Source of the DNA: Chthoniobacterales bacterium
GTDB taxonomy: Bacteria; Verrucomicrobiota; Verrucomicrobiia; Chthoniobacterales; Chthoniobacteraceae
Length of the DNA stretch: 64,000 nt
NCBI GenBank assembly: GCA_038207335.1
Contig: JBBQZX010000016.1
Coordinates: 54,848 to 118,847 of the forward strand
Direction of reading: 5' to 3'
The notes below the pieces were generated by a model. That model was not told where the DNA came from. It did not search any database and worked only from the letters and a program-made list of their open reading frames with translations. This document shows positions 20,476 through 30,200 of this stretch, piece by piece. How positions within the stretch are numbered: position 1 is the stretch's first letter; every line of letters starts with the position of its first letter. Made by a program: the position numbers and the translations under genes.

Positions 20476-21306
20476 ATGCACACCAAACACCATCATGCAG
20501 CCCTCTTTTTCGCCACCGCAGCCCTTCTTGCCTCCGGGCTTACCGAGGCCGGGGCGCAGGTCGTCAAGACCATCAACTCCCTACCAGCGCGCATCCTCAA
20601 GCCCGGCCATTACGCTTTAAAAAAGAACCTCGTTCTCACAAAGACCGCCACTGCGGCCATCTCTATTGAGGCCGACGACGTCTCCATCGATCTCGGCGGA
20701 TTCCTCATCACGAATACCCTTCCGGCCGGCACTGATGTCACCGGCATCTACGCCCAGTCGCACGGTGGCCTCGCGGTCTCACACGGCACCGTCCGCGGCT
20801 TCGACACCGGCGTGCGGCTCAATGGCAACCAAGCCGCCGTCACTGGCGTTGCGGTCGAGAACCTCCGTGTGGAAAAGAGCGGCGCCACGGGCATCCAGCT
20901 CCTCGGCCCCATCGGCTCGGCGAAAAACTGCGTCATCACGAACACTGGCACCCCCGCCTCCTACAACGCGATGAGCCTCGTCCTCGACCTCGGCTTCGGC
21001 ACCATCATCGGCAACGACATCATCGGCACCCAAGCCACCCCCGGCCAGCAGGCCGTCGGTATCCAGTGCGGCTTGCAGGCCGGAGTCATTGAAAACAACC
21101 GCGTCCTCAACGATCAGTCCACGCGCGGCACCACCGGCATGTTTCTCGCCTTCTCGGCCAGCTACCTCGTCGAAAACAACCGCGTCACCGGCTTCGCCAC
21201 CGGCATCAACTTCACCAACACCGGCGCGCCCAAGTATCGCAACAACTTCGTCACCGACTGCACCATCCCCTACTCCGGCGGCACCGACTCCGGAAATAAC
21301 AAGTAG
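20476..21306 (+). CDS. Secreted right-handed parallel beta-helix repeat protein
   Basis: Signal peptide (MHTKHHHAALFFATAALLASGLTEAGA-Q), I..PG.Y.L..NL, ADDVSIDLGGF, HGTVRGF and repeated ENNRV/GND motifs. Confidence 0.85.
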   Translation: MHTKHHHAALFFATAALLASGLTEAGAQVVKTINSLPARILKPGHYALKKNLVLTKTATAAISIEADDVSIDLGGFLITNTLPAGTDVTGIYAQSHGGLAVSHGTVRGFDTGVRLNGNQAAVTGVAVENLRVEKSGATGIQLLGPIGSAKNCVITNTGTPASYNAMSLVLDLGFGTIIGNDIIGTQATPGQQAVGIQCGLQAGVIENNRVLNDQSTRGTTGMFLAFSASYLVENNRVTGFATGINFTNTGAPKYRNNFVTDCTIPYSGGTDSGNNK

Positions 21307-21381
21307 GCCGGCGGGTATCCCCCGACGCGATTGCGAGAAACGCCGGTGGGCCATTGACCCGCTTGCAGGCTTTAGGCCTGC

Positions 21382-21549
21382 GACCGCGACTGGCTGCTGC
21401 TGCTTGGAGGACGACCTCGATTTTCACCCTCAGATCGGCTTGCTGGTCGCCTCGTCAGGGGCGCTGCGGGCTGAACGCTGGGTGCTCGCGTCGCGCTTCA
21501 ATCCCTCGCTCCAGCAGGTTCGCGGTGGGGTGAAATGCCCCCCAGGCAC
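21382..21549 (+). pseudogene. Frameshifted internal fragment of the glycosyltransferase-like gene at 26344-26985
   Basis: Aligns by eye with 26575-26740 (shared ggaggacgacctcgattttcaccctcagatcgg). It has a 1-nt insertion before the EDD codons and no start or 3' part. Confidence 0.85.
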
Positions 21550-21609
21550 GGCGTCGTTGAGGCATCCGGCAGAAGCGCGGGTGCGATATTCGCCACCCGC
21601 GGGCTCGAG

Positions 21610-21640
21610 TGGGCAGCGGCTCAGGGAAAGCCGCTGCCCA
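21610..21640. terminator. GC-rich hairpin between convergent genes
   Basis: tgggcagcggct-N7-agccgctgccca is a perfect 12-bp stem about 30 nt past the stop of 21670-22161. No strong U-tract. Confidence 0.55.
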
Positions 21641-21669
21641 GCCACCTTCTTGCTTTCGGGGGATTGTCC

Positions 21670-22161
21670 TTATTTGAGGCTTGCCTCGCGGGCGCGCGTC
21701 CACGCGTTGCGCGCGGCCGGGCGGGCGACTTCCCAATCGAGAGTGCGGTCGGGATCGGCCTCGTAGGCGCGGCGCAGGTCGGCCTCGGCCGTGTCGTAGT
21801 CGGCGGCCTCGGAGTCGTGCAGGGTGTAGCCGGCGCGATAAGCGGGGCGGAAGGCGTCGAAATCGCCGTCCTGCGCGTAGGGCCGGGTGGTGTGATTTTC
21901 GCGCCAGTAGGCGTCCTCAGCGGTGGGGTCGATGGCTTCCGCAGCCGCGTGCCCGCCAGCGGCGCCGACGATGCTGCCGACGACTGCGCCGACTACCGCA
22001 CCGACAGGGCCTCCCACGGCTCCACCAATGGCTGCTCCGGCAGCGCCCGCTCCAGCGGTGCCGAGGCCGGTGCCGAGGGGATGGGAGCCGGGCTCACCGG
22101 TGATCGGGTCGCGGTTGGCGTCGGGGCGGCCGATGTCTTTGGGGTCTTGGTTCGTGTTCAT
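21670..22161 (-). CDS. Glycine-zipper conserved hypothetical protein (general-stress associated type)
   Basis: [19 protein letters not shown], GxxxG glycine zipper, [12 protein letters not shown]-terminal WE.ARPAAR.AW.R. Confidence 0.85.
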   Translation of the reverse strand: MNTNQDPKDIGRPDANRDPITGEPGSHPLGTGLGTAGAGAAGAAIGGAVGGPVGAVVGAVVGSIVGAAGGHAAAEAIDPTAEDAYWRENHTTRPYAQDGDFDAFRPAYRAGYTLHDSEAADYDTAEADLRRAYEADPDRTLDWEVARPAARNAWTRAREASLK

Positions 22162-22242
22162 AGGTTCGATTCCGGGTTTTTTTATTTCAGTTTGTGGAGG
22201 GTGCCGGACGCGGGGCGCGAGGCCCGGCGTCGGCGTGGTTGG

Positions 22243-22728
22243 TTATTCGCTGGCGAGAAGCATCCCCTCGGCGAGGTCTGCGAGCTTCTCCTCGGTCTCA
22301 CTTTCCTCATCCAGAGTCGCCTGGAGGAGCACTGCGGCTTCGGCGTGGCCGAGGTGATCGGCGAGGCTGATGGCGGTGGAGTAGCCCGCCATCTCGTAGT
22401 GCTCGACGCGCCGCGCGGCGCCAATGAGGCCGGCATCGCGGACATCGTCGGCAGCGTCTTCGCTGATGAGTTCGGCGCCTTCTCCGACGAGGCCTTCCAT
22501 GGCGGCGCATTTGTGGCCGCCGAGGGCGAGGCCGAGGTCTTTGCCGATCTGCACGAGACGGGCAAGCTGGCCTTTGGTCTGCTCGAGGTGCTGCTCGAAG
22601 CCCGAGGCGAGCTCCGGGTTGGTGGCGGCTTTCGCCATTTTGGGCAGCGCTTTGATGAGCTGGCTCTCAGCGCTGTGGAGGTCTTTGAGTTCGTGGTGGA
22701 AGAGGTCTGCGATGGTATTGAGTTTCAT
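22243..22728 (-). CDS. yciF: YciE/YciF (DUF892) ferritin-like stress protein
   Basis: ELKDLHSAESQL.KALPKMAKAA, HLEQT, KC.AMEGL..EG, RDAGLI.AA.RVEHYEMAGY, TL.EE..T..KL. Confidence 0.9.
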   Translation of the reverse strand: MKLNTIADLFHHELKDLHSAESQLIKALPKMAKAATNPELASGFEQHLEQTKGQLARLVQIGKDLGLALGGHKCAAMEGLVGEGAELISEDAADDVRDAGLIGAARRVEHYEMAGYSTAISLADHLGHAEAAVLLQATLDEESETEEKLADLAEGMLLASE

Positions 22729-22826
22729 GCCAGACACTTCGCGAGAAACTCGGGCAGCAAGTGTCAGGGGCCGCCCCTAACTGCGGCACGGGCTTCCCGC
22801 CGATGCTCAATCTCCGGCGCGATCTT

Positions 22827-22955
22827 TCACGGCACCACCCGGTGCGCGGGCTGGCTCCAGGGGCCGAAGCCCGCCTTGCCGCCGATCCCCCGGACGCGCA
22901 CCCACACATCCTTCCCGCTCGAACAGCGCATCTGGCACATCTCCTTCCTTTGCAT
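22827..22955 (-). pseudogene. Probable remnant encoding the C-terminal strands of an FN3-like domain
   Basis: Manual translation ...SSGKDVWVRVRGIGGKAGFGPWSQPAHRVVP* resembles FN3 F-G strands. Only 42 codons are open. Confidence 0.5.
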
Positions 22956-23256
22956 GTGACATGCCCCGCTCTCAAGGACGCGCCGGGCACCTTACAGCTT
23001 CCACTGCCCGCGCCACGTTTAGATGCACCAGCGACACGCGCCCCTCTGGCGCGAGATCTGTCCCCGCTCCTCTCTCCAGTGTCGTGGCGAGCGTCCTCTC
23101 GCGCCCCGCCGCGGGGAGCCGATGCAAGGACGCAATCACATTTCCCAACACAACTCCCCAACCCTGCCCAAAGGCGAGCCCGACGAGGCCCGAAAATCTC
23201 GCGCCAGTTCGGCGATTTGGCTTGCCGACGGTGCAGGGAGGTAAAGGCTGCGCGTC

Positions 23257-24813
23257 ATGCTTCCCTCCAGCACTTCCCTCCTCGGCGTCCTACTTTTAGC
23301 CCTCGCGGGCAATGCCGGCGCCGCGCCGACTCCCGACGCGCCCGTCGGATGGCGCGGGGATGGGACGGGACGCTTCCCGGCTGCGAATGGCCCGACGACT
23401 TGGGCGCGAACGGCGGCTGGCGACGGCTACACGACCAAGGGGGTGGTGTGGATGACGCCGCTTCCGAATGGTGGGGTGAGCAGCCCGATCGTGGTGGGCG
23501 ATCGCATTTTCCTGACGTCAGAAATTTACGATCTCGTCTGTCTGGACAAGAAGACGGGGCGGATTCTGTGGATTCGATCCGCGCCGGAGTTCGAGGGGTT
23601 GAGCGCGGAGGAGCGCAAGGCGGAGCCGGCTTATGCGGAAAAGCTGGTGCCGCTGGCCGCGGAGTTGGAGAAGGCGAACTCGGAGGCCGTGACCGCGCTG
23701 AATGCGATACAGCCGACGGCGGCGACCTCCCCCGCGCCGCGCAAGCTGGATTCCGCGCTGGCCCACAAACGCGATCTTGAAAAGCAAATCCAGGAGGCGC
23801 AGGCGGCGATCGACAAGAAGAAGTATGGGCACGACTGGCGGCAGGCGGTCTTCGGCTTCAGCGGGCCGACGCCGACGAGCGACGGGAAGCGAGTGTTCGT
23901 TTTCTACACGACCGGGGTCGTCGCGTGCTACGACCTGGAGGGGCGGCGGCTGTGGATCGCGCGCGGTGGGATGGATATGAGTGAGCATGGGAATTTCGCG
24001 AGTCCGCTGCTGGTGGAAAATAGACTCGTGGTCTGGGCCAATGAGATGCGCGCTTACGATGCGGCGACCGGGAAGCTGTCGTGGACGACGCCGGCCAAGG
24101 CTTTCAACACCTACGGCTCGCTCTTCCGCTTGCAGTCGGGCGGGGAGCTCATCGCGGGCTTTCAGTGGGGATTTTTCACCCGCGTGCGGGATGGGCGGGC
24201 GGTGTGGGATCCCGGCACGTTCGGGGATTCGGTGTCCACGCCCATCGTGGAGGGAGGGACGATTTTCGCCCACACCGGCTACCCGCGCGACAACGACGAG
24301 CACAAGGGCCTGAAGGCTTTCGCGATCCCGGCGAAGGCGGACGATGCGAAGCTCAAGCCTGCTTATGCCTTCAAGACCGACTGGGCCGAGAGTGAACTGC
24401 CGCTCGACAAGAAGAAGTCGCCTTTCGACCGCAGCTACGTCGCCTCGCCGCTGTATGTCGAGGGGCTCATCTATCAGGTCACGCAGGGCGGGGGCCTAGT
24501 CGTGAACGACGCGGCAACCGGCGACCTCGTCTATCGCAAAGTCCTCCCCCTCCAGCCGCGCACGCAGTATTGGAATTGGGCGGGGTGCGCTGCGAGCCCG
24601 ACTTTCGCAGGCGGGCACATCTACCTCATGGATAATCAGGGCCGCACCCTCGTCATCGCGCCGGGCCGGGAGTATCGCGAGATCGCCGTGAACTTCCTCG
24701 CGGAGTCGAAGGACGGCAAAGAGCAGGTCCAAAATCTCGCGTCGCCCTTTTTTGAAGGCGCGCGGATGTATTGGCGGACTCCGGGGTTTCTCTACTGCAT
24801 CGGGGAGCGGTAA
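23257..24813 (+). CDS. Secreted PQQ-like (BamB-type) beta-propeller repeat protein
   Basis: Signal peptide, GWRGDGTGRFP, SSPIVVGDRIF, PTPTSDGKRVF, ASP repeats, C-terminal LYCIG. Confidence 0.88.
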   Translation: MLPSSTSLLGVLLLALAGNAGAAPTPDAPVGWRGDGTGRFPAANGPTTWARTAAGDGYTTKGVVWMTPLPNGGVSSPIVVGDRIFLTSEIYDLVCLDKKTGRILWIRSAPEFEGLSAEERKAEPAYAEKLVPLAAELEKANSEAVTALNAIQPTAATSPAPRKLDSALAHKRDLEKQIQEAQAAIDKKKYGHDWRQAVFGFSGPTPTSDGKRVFVFYTTGVVACYDLEGRRLWIARGGMDMSEHGNFASPLLVENRLVVWANEMRAYDAATGKLSWTTPAKAFNTYGSLFRLQSGGELIAGFQWGFFTRVRDGRAVWDPGTFGDSVSTPIVEGGTIFAHTGYPRDNDEHKGLKAFAIPAKADDAKLKPAYAFKTDWAESELPLDKKKSPFDRSYVASPLYVEGLIYQVTQGGGLVVNDAATGDLVYRKVLPLQPRTQYWNWAGCAASPTFAGGHIYLMDNQGRTLVIAPGREYREIAVNFLAESKDGKEQVQNLASPFFEGARMYWRTPGFLYCIGER

Positions 24814-24814
24814 A

Positions 24815-26071
24815 ATGGGGCGCTTGCTCCGTGCGATCGCGGCGTTTGTGGCTGTGGCAGGCGTCGCGCGGGCGGAGACTCCGGACGCGCCTGCTGCGTT
24901 CGGGTCGGCCGACTTCCGCTGCTCGCTCGCACGGCCTTTTGGCTGGCGTGGGGACGGGACCGGGTGCTTTCCGGGTGCCACGCCTGCGACTGAGTGGTCG
25001 GCGACAAAGAACGTGCGCTGGAGCACCATCGTCGGCAGTGGCTACTCGTCGCCGGTGCTCGCGGAGGGGTGCGTATTCGTCACGGCGGAGCCGGATAAGC
25101 TCATCTGCATCGACCGCTCCGACGGCAAGATCCGCTGGCAGCTTTCCCTCACCCCCGCCGAACTCCCCGACGCGGAGACCCGCCGCGGCATCGCCGACTA
25201 CATCCCCCCCAAGGACGGCTCGGGCCTCGCCGCCGCCACGCCAGTCACCGACGGGCGCAACGTCTATGCGCTCTTTGCCAACGGCCTCCTCGCGGCCGTC
25301 GATCTCCAGGGCCACCGGCAGTGGACCACCGGAATCGTCGCACCTCCCAGCACCGGCTACGGCCGCAGCGCCTCCCCCATCATCGTGGCCGGGAAAATCA
25401 TCGTCCACATGACCCATCTCTTCGCCTTCGATCCCGCCGACGGCCACCAGCTCTGGGTCAACACCGACGCCCAATCCTCCTACGGCACCCCGGCCCCCTG
25501 CCGCGCCGGCGACACCGACCTCATCCTCACCTCCCTTGGCGACCTCGTGCGCGCCTCCGATGGCAAAACCCTCGCCAGCGGCCTCGGCCACACCAGCCAA
25601 TCCAGCCCCATCGCCAGCGACGGCCTCCTCATCTTTGGCGACAGCGACATCACCGCCCTCCGCCTCGACGCCACCTTCAAAGACACGCCCGCCTGGAACG
25701 CCACCGTCCCCGGCGACATCTTCGGCTCCCCCCTCCTCCACGACGGCCTCCTCTTCATCGTCACCGGCGACGGCGCGCTCTCCATCGTCGACGCCACCGG
25801 CACCGGCCCCCTCACCCCCATCGTCGAGTCCCGCGCCCTCCTGCCCGACTCCGCCGGCAGCACCCCCGCCGCCTACGCCAGCCTCACCCTGGCCGGTCGC
25901 CACCTCTTCCTCACCTCGAACGACGGCGACACCGTCGTCCTCGAAGCCACCCGCGAAGCCCGTCTCGTCGCCCGCTCCCGCCTCCCCGCCGGCACCGGCG
26001 CCAGCCCCGTCTTCTCCGGCACCGCCCTATTCCTCCGTGCCGGCGACGCCCTCTGGTGCATCGGAAAATAG
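24815..26071 (+). CDS. Second secreted PQQ-like beta-propeller repeat protein
   Basis: ATG follows the upstream stop after a 1-nt gap. Signal peptide, GWRGDGTGCFP, NVRW, YSSPV, ATPVTDG, ASP repeats, LWCIGK end. Confidence 0.88.
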   Translation: MGRLLRAIAAFVAVAGVARAETPDAPAAFGSADFRCSLARPFGWRGDGTGCFPGATPATEWSATKNVRWSTIVGSGYSSPVLAEGCVFVTAEPDKLICIDRSDGKIRWQLSLTPAELPDAETRRGIADYIPPKDGSGLAAATPVTDGRNVYALFANGLLAAVDLQGHRQWTTGIVAPPSTGYGRSASPIIVAGKIIVHMTHLFAFDPADGHQLWVNTDAQSSYGTPAPCRAGDTDLILTSLGDLVRASDGKTLASGLGHTSQSSPIASDGLLIFGDSDITALRLDATFKDTPAWNATVPGDIFGSPLLHDGLLFIVTGDGALSIVDATGTGPLTPIVESRALLPDSAGSTPAAYASLTLAGRHLFLTSNDGDTVVLEATREARLVARSRLPAGTGASPVFSGTALFLRAGDALWCIGK

Positions 26072-26343
26072 CGCCCATCGCCTCCCTGCTCGGCCCTTTG
26101 GCGAAAAGCCCGACTCGCTGCCAGTGGGGAAGCCAGATTGAAGCTGTCCGGCAAGCAGCGCTGGACGTCTCAGCGCTGCGGACGTCTCCTGTGTCCGCCC
26201 TTCCCTGCGAAAAATCCCACTTGCGGGGCAAATCGCGCGGAATTCAACATTGCACCCGTGAAATCTTGTGCGAATCGTCCCGCCTCCGGGGTTATTCATC
26301 ATCCCGGCTATCTCAATAAAACCACCCCTTCACGGCCCGCTCC

Positions 26344-26985
26344 ATGCCCCACCCTCTCCCATCTGTCCACATGCTCACTTGTCCCCGGCGCGTCGGGGTC
26401 GTGGAGAAAACCTTGGCGCACTGGGCGGGGACCGACTGGCGGACGACGCCAGCGGTGCATTGCGACTGGCAGTCGGAGGTCCGAGAAAGCGCATGGGGGA
26501 CTGCGGCGCGCGGCACGCAGGTCGCGCGGGCCTACGCCGGGATGATGGCGCGCGCGCTCCAGGAGGAGGGGGAAGATCGCGACTGGCTGCTGCTGCTGGA
26601 GGACGACCTCGATTTTCACCCTCAGATCGGCACACTCGTCGCCTCGTGGGAGGCGCTGCGGGATGAACGCTGCGTGCTCGCCTCGCTCTTCAACCCCTCG
26701 CTCCAGGACGATGCGCGGTGGGGCACGATGCCCCGCGCATTTGCTACGCATCCCGACACCTTCCTCAGCGCGCAGGCGATCTTGATCCGGCGCGCCGCGG
26801 CGCACCGGGCGCTGTTGATCTGGGACGATGCGCCCGGCATGCAGGCCCAACGCCTCGCCTGGCTCTTCGGCGGCGAAGGCCCCATCTGGGTCCACCGCCC
26901 CTCGCTGGTGCAGCACGTGGGCGAGGATTCGAGCTGGGGCGCCCGCGTCCAAAGGGCGCACGACTTCGATCCGGTGTTTGCGTAG
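26344..26985 (+). CDS. Putative GT-A fold glycosyltransferase-like protein
   Basis: N-terminal MLTCP.R, WLLLLEDDLDF (acidic motif), C-terminal PSLVQHVG..S. Confidence 0.65.
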   Translation: MPHPLPSVHMLTCPRRVGVVEKTLAHWAGTDWRTTPAVHCDWQSEVRESAWGTAARGTQVARAYAGMMARALQEEGEDRDWLLLLEDDLDFHPQIGTLVASWEALRDERCVLASLFNPSLQDDARWGTMPRAFATHPDTFLSAQAILIRRAAAHRALLIWDDAPGMQAQRLAWLFGGEGPIWVHRPSLVQHVGEDSSWGARVQRAHDFDPVFA

Positions 26986-27044
26986 TAAAAGTCTCGCGCG
27001 ACGGCGCTTCAGCCTTTTGCCAAAGCCGAGCGGCGTCTTTGCTA

Positions 27045-27217
27045 AGCCCAATCCAAACGCGATGTCCCTGCTCGCGATCGAGACGCGGATGCCTTATCGC
27101 GCGGACTTTGATCCCGGAGATGTAGGCAAGACGGTCTATTTCGCCGTGCGCTGGCTCAATACGCGCGGGGAGAAGGGGCCCTCGAGGCAGAGCTACAACG
27201 CGGTGATCCCGTCGTAG
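27045..27217 (+). pseudogene. Truncated C-terminal remnant of an FN3-like hypothetical protein
   Basis: LLAIETRMPYRADFDPGDVGKTVYFAVRWLNTRGEKGPSRQSYNAVIPS* resembles the GK.VY...RW.NTRGEKGPWS protein tail. GPWS appears mutated to GPSR and there is no room for an N-terminal part. Confidence 0.55.
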
Positions 27218-27229
27218 AACGCCGCGCCT

Positions 27230-30200
27230 CTACCTCACCCGCAGCCGCAGGAAGGCGCGGGTGGGGTCGAGGAGGCTGATGGGGACCCGGGCCGTGCGAA
27301 TTTCCACGCCCCCGCCGCTGCTGATGAGGGTGTCGGTGGTGCCGGTCTCATACCAGGTGCCGAGGTCGTTGCTCCACTCGAGCTGGAGGGCGAGATCGGA
27401 GGCGGCGAGGCTGCGCTGGTAGGTGAGGCTGAGGTAGGTGCCGTCGTTGGCGGCCTGCGGACGGGCGGCGATGGCGTCCGGGAGGGTGGGGTCGAGGCCA
27501 AAGGCGCGCTCGATGACATTCGGAAGCCCGTCGCGGTCGGGGTCGGCCAGATCCTGCGCGTTGTTGAGGTTTGCAATGTCGGCGAAATATTTCTGCCTCC
27601 AAGCCTGCCCCGGTGTCGGCACGACGATGGACACGCTGCTGAAGCCGGCCGTGGCGAGGGTGTCGGCAACACCCGAGCTCACTCGGAGGCCGGCCAGCGC
27701 GGTGGTGGGCAGGGGCGTGACGTGGTTGCCGACGACCGTCCATTCGCCGGCACCGGGGGTGCCGGCGGTGGTGGAGTAGGCGGCGGCGAAGGTATTGCCC
27801 ACGCGGACGAGGCGGAGCCAGAATTGCCCGGAGATGGAGACGCTGGCGCCGGTCTGGAGGACGGCGCTGCCGGTGGCGTCGCGCTGACGGAAGCGGAGGG
27901 CCTGCTGGGCGCGGTCGTAGGCGAGCTCGGCAAATGCGGAGTCCGCCGCAGTGCTGCCGCGGAAAGTGATGCCGGTGGTGGCGGAGGCGGTATTGGTGGG
28001 GAAGAAGTCCACGCGGGTGACGAGGATTTGGTCGCCCGTGGCGGTCGAGGAGACGAGCTGGAGCTGGTCCGCCGTCCCGGCGACGCCGCCGCCGGTGACG
28101 GTGAAGGCAGCGCTCGCGGCGTTGTAGCCGGAATAGCCGTCACTGGCAGGGAGGCCGATGTCCGTGGCGGTCCACAGCGCGGGCAAGGGAGCGGCGAGCG
28201 AAGCGGCCTGGGTGGAGGAGAGGGCGTAGTTGAAGATTTTCAAGTCATCGACGGCGCCGGTGAAGAATGCGCCGCCGAAGAGCGTGCTGCCTACGCGGAT
28301 GCCGCCGGGGGCATCGCGCAGGGCGGTGGAGCCGGTGCCGGTGGCCTGGAGTGCGCCGTCCACGAAGAGCTTCATGGCGCCGGTGGCATTGGTGCGGGTG
28401 GCGAGGACGTGGTGCCAGGTGCCGTCGTTGATATTCGTGGCGGACTCGATGGTGGTGCCCGCTCCGGTGTTGCCGGTGCCGAAGGCGACGTGATTTCCCC
28501 CGACGGAGATGCCCCAGTCGTTCGCGACGCCCGGCACGTCGGCATCGACGATGGGCTTCCCGGCATACCACTGGCCCGTGCCGCCGACAGCCGTAGTTTT
28601 CAACCAGAAGGCCACGGTGAAGTCGCTCGTGACGGCCGCCGGGAGCTTGACGAAGCTGCTGGTGCCGTTGAGCTGCACGGCCTGTGCGCCGATTTTCCCG
28701 GTCGTGAAAGTCGCGTCCATCGCGTCCCCGTGGTTGTTGAAACGCGTGACGTCGCGCGCCGTGCCCTCGAAGCCGTAGCCGGCGACCATGGAACTGCCGG
28801 TCTGTGCGAGGCGCGCGATTTCGTCCACGGCGAGGATTTTGTTGTAGAGGCGCGCTTCGTCGAGGGAACCATTGAGGAAGCCGTTCGCGCCCGCGATGCT
28901 CCCGAGGGTGAACGTCGAGGGGGCGGTGCGGGCGGAGGTCGGGCCGGTGCCGGAGGCGCTGAGGAGGCCATCGACGTAGAGGCGCATGGCACCGTTGCCG
29001 GTGTCGAGCGTCGCCGCGACGTGGTGCCACGCGCCGTCGTTGATCGTCGCGGCGGAGGTGATCGTCAGGTCGTTCTGCCCCACCCCGAACGCCGCCTTCC
29101 CCCCAACCATCGCCAGCCCGAAGTCCTTCGCCACCCCCGGCACCTCCGCATCGATGAGGCCCATCCCATTATACCACTGCGGCCCGCCAGCCGTCGCTGT
29201 GGTCTTCACCCAGCACGCGACGGTGAAGTTCCGCTCCACGGTTGCTGGCACACGGATCGACCCATTGCTCCCATTGAAAGTCGCAGCGAGCCCATCCACG
29301 CGGCCCGTGGTGTAAGTCACCCCGCCGCTGGCCGTCCCGTGGAAATTGCGCCCCCCAAAATCGCGCGCATTCCCCTCCATCTTGTAATTCGCCACCAGTC
29401 CGTCGCTGGCCACCCCCGCCGTCACGTCATCGAAAGCCCAGTCCTGATTGAACGCATTCTGGTCGTCGAAATATTGGGCGATGTTCGCGTTATCCCCCAC
29501 CGCGCCCGTCCCGCCGTCCACATCCACCACCATGTTCGTGCTGTTGCGGTTCCCGAGTTTCCAATACGCCGCCCCGCTCGCGCTCGGGAAGATGCGCCAC
29601 TGCTGGTTCGTGCCGCCGGTGTCGTCCCAAGCGATGATATTCCCCGACGGATCGGTCGAAAATCCCGCCACCTCCATCGCCTTGCCACTGGTGAAGTTGG
29701 TGAATTTCCAGTAGCCGCCACTGACATAGGTCGCGAGCCACTTCTGCAAGCTCGAGCCGCTGTTTGGATTCTGTCGAACATTCGAGCCCGCCGTCGTCCC
29801 ATCCGCCTCCAGCAGCTTCTGGCTCAGGCGCGACCGGAGCTGGTACACGTGCCCGCTCTTCACAGGGCAGGGCCACAGCGGCTGGCTGTCGGTCCAATAC
29901 TCATCGAAATTGGAAATCCCGTCCCCATCGGCATCCCCCGCCGCCGGCTGCCCGGCAAAGCCGATCTTCTGCCGCTCCCACTCATCCGAAATCCCATTCC
30001 CATCCCCATCCGTGATCCCCATATCCTGCCGCATCGCCTCGATCAGCCGCCCGATCCGCCGTCGTGCCTGCGGGCTGTCTTCGTTCCCGTAATTGAACCC
30101 ATACGGATAATAATGGACGCCAGATTGCCGGATCTCCGCGCCGGGCCCATCGAAGAGCTTGATATACCGCCGCAGCGCCGGGCCCACCCACACCCCGCCC

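Noticed and set aside
20061..20496. 95-aa ORFs in the AT-rich divergent intergenic region
   Set aside because: Atypical composition and no motifs. More likely regulatory DNA.
26157..26188. Short imperfect tandem duplication cagcgctg(c)ggacgtctc
   Set aside because: Only two copies and no associated feature.
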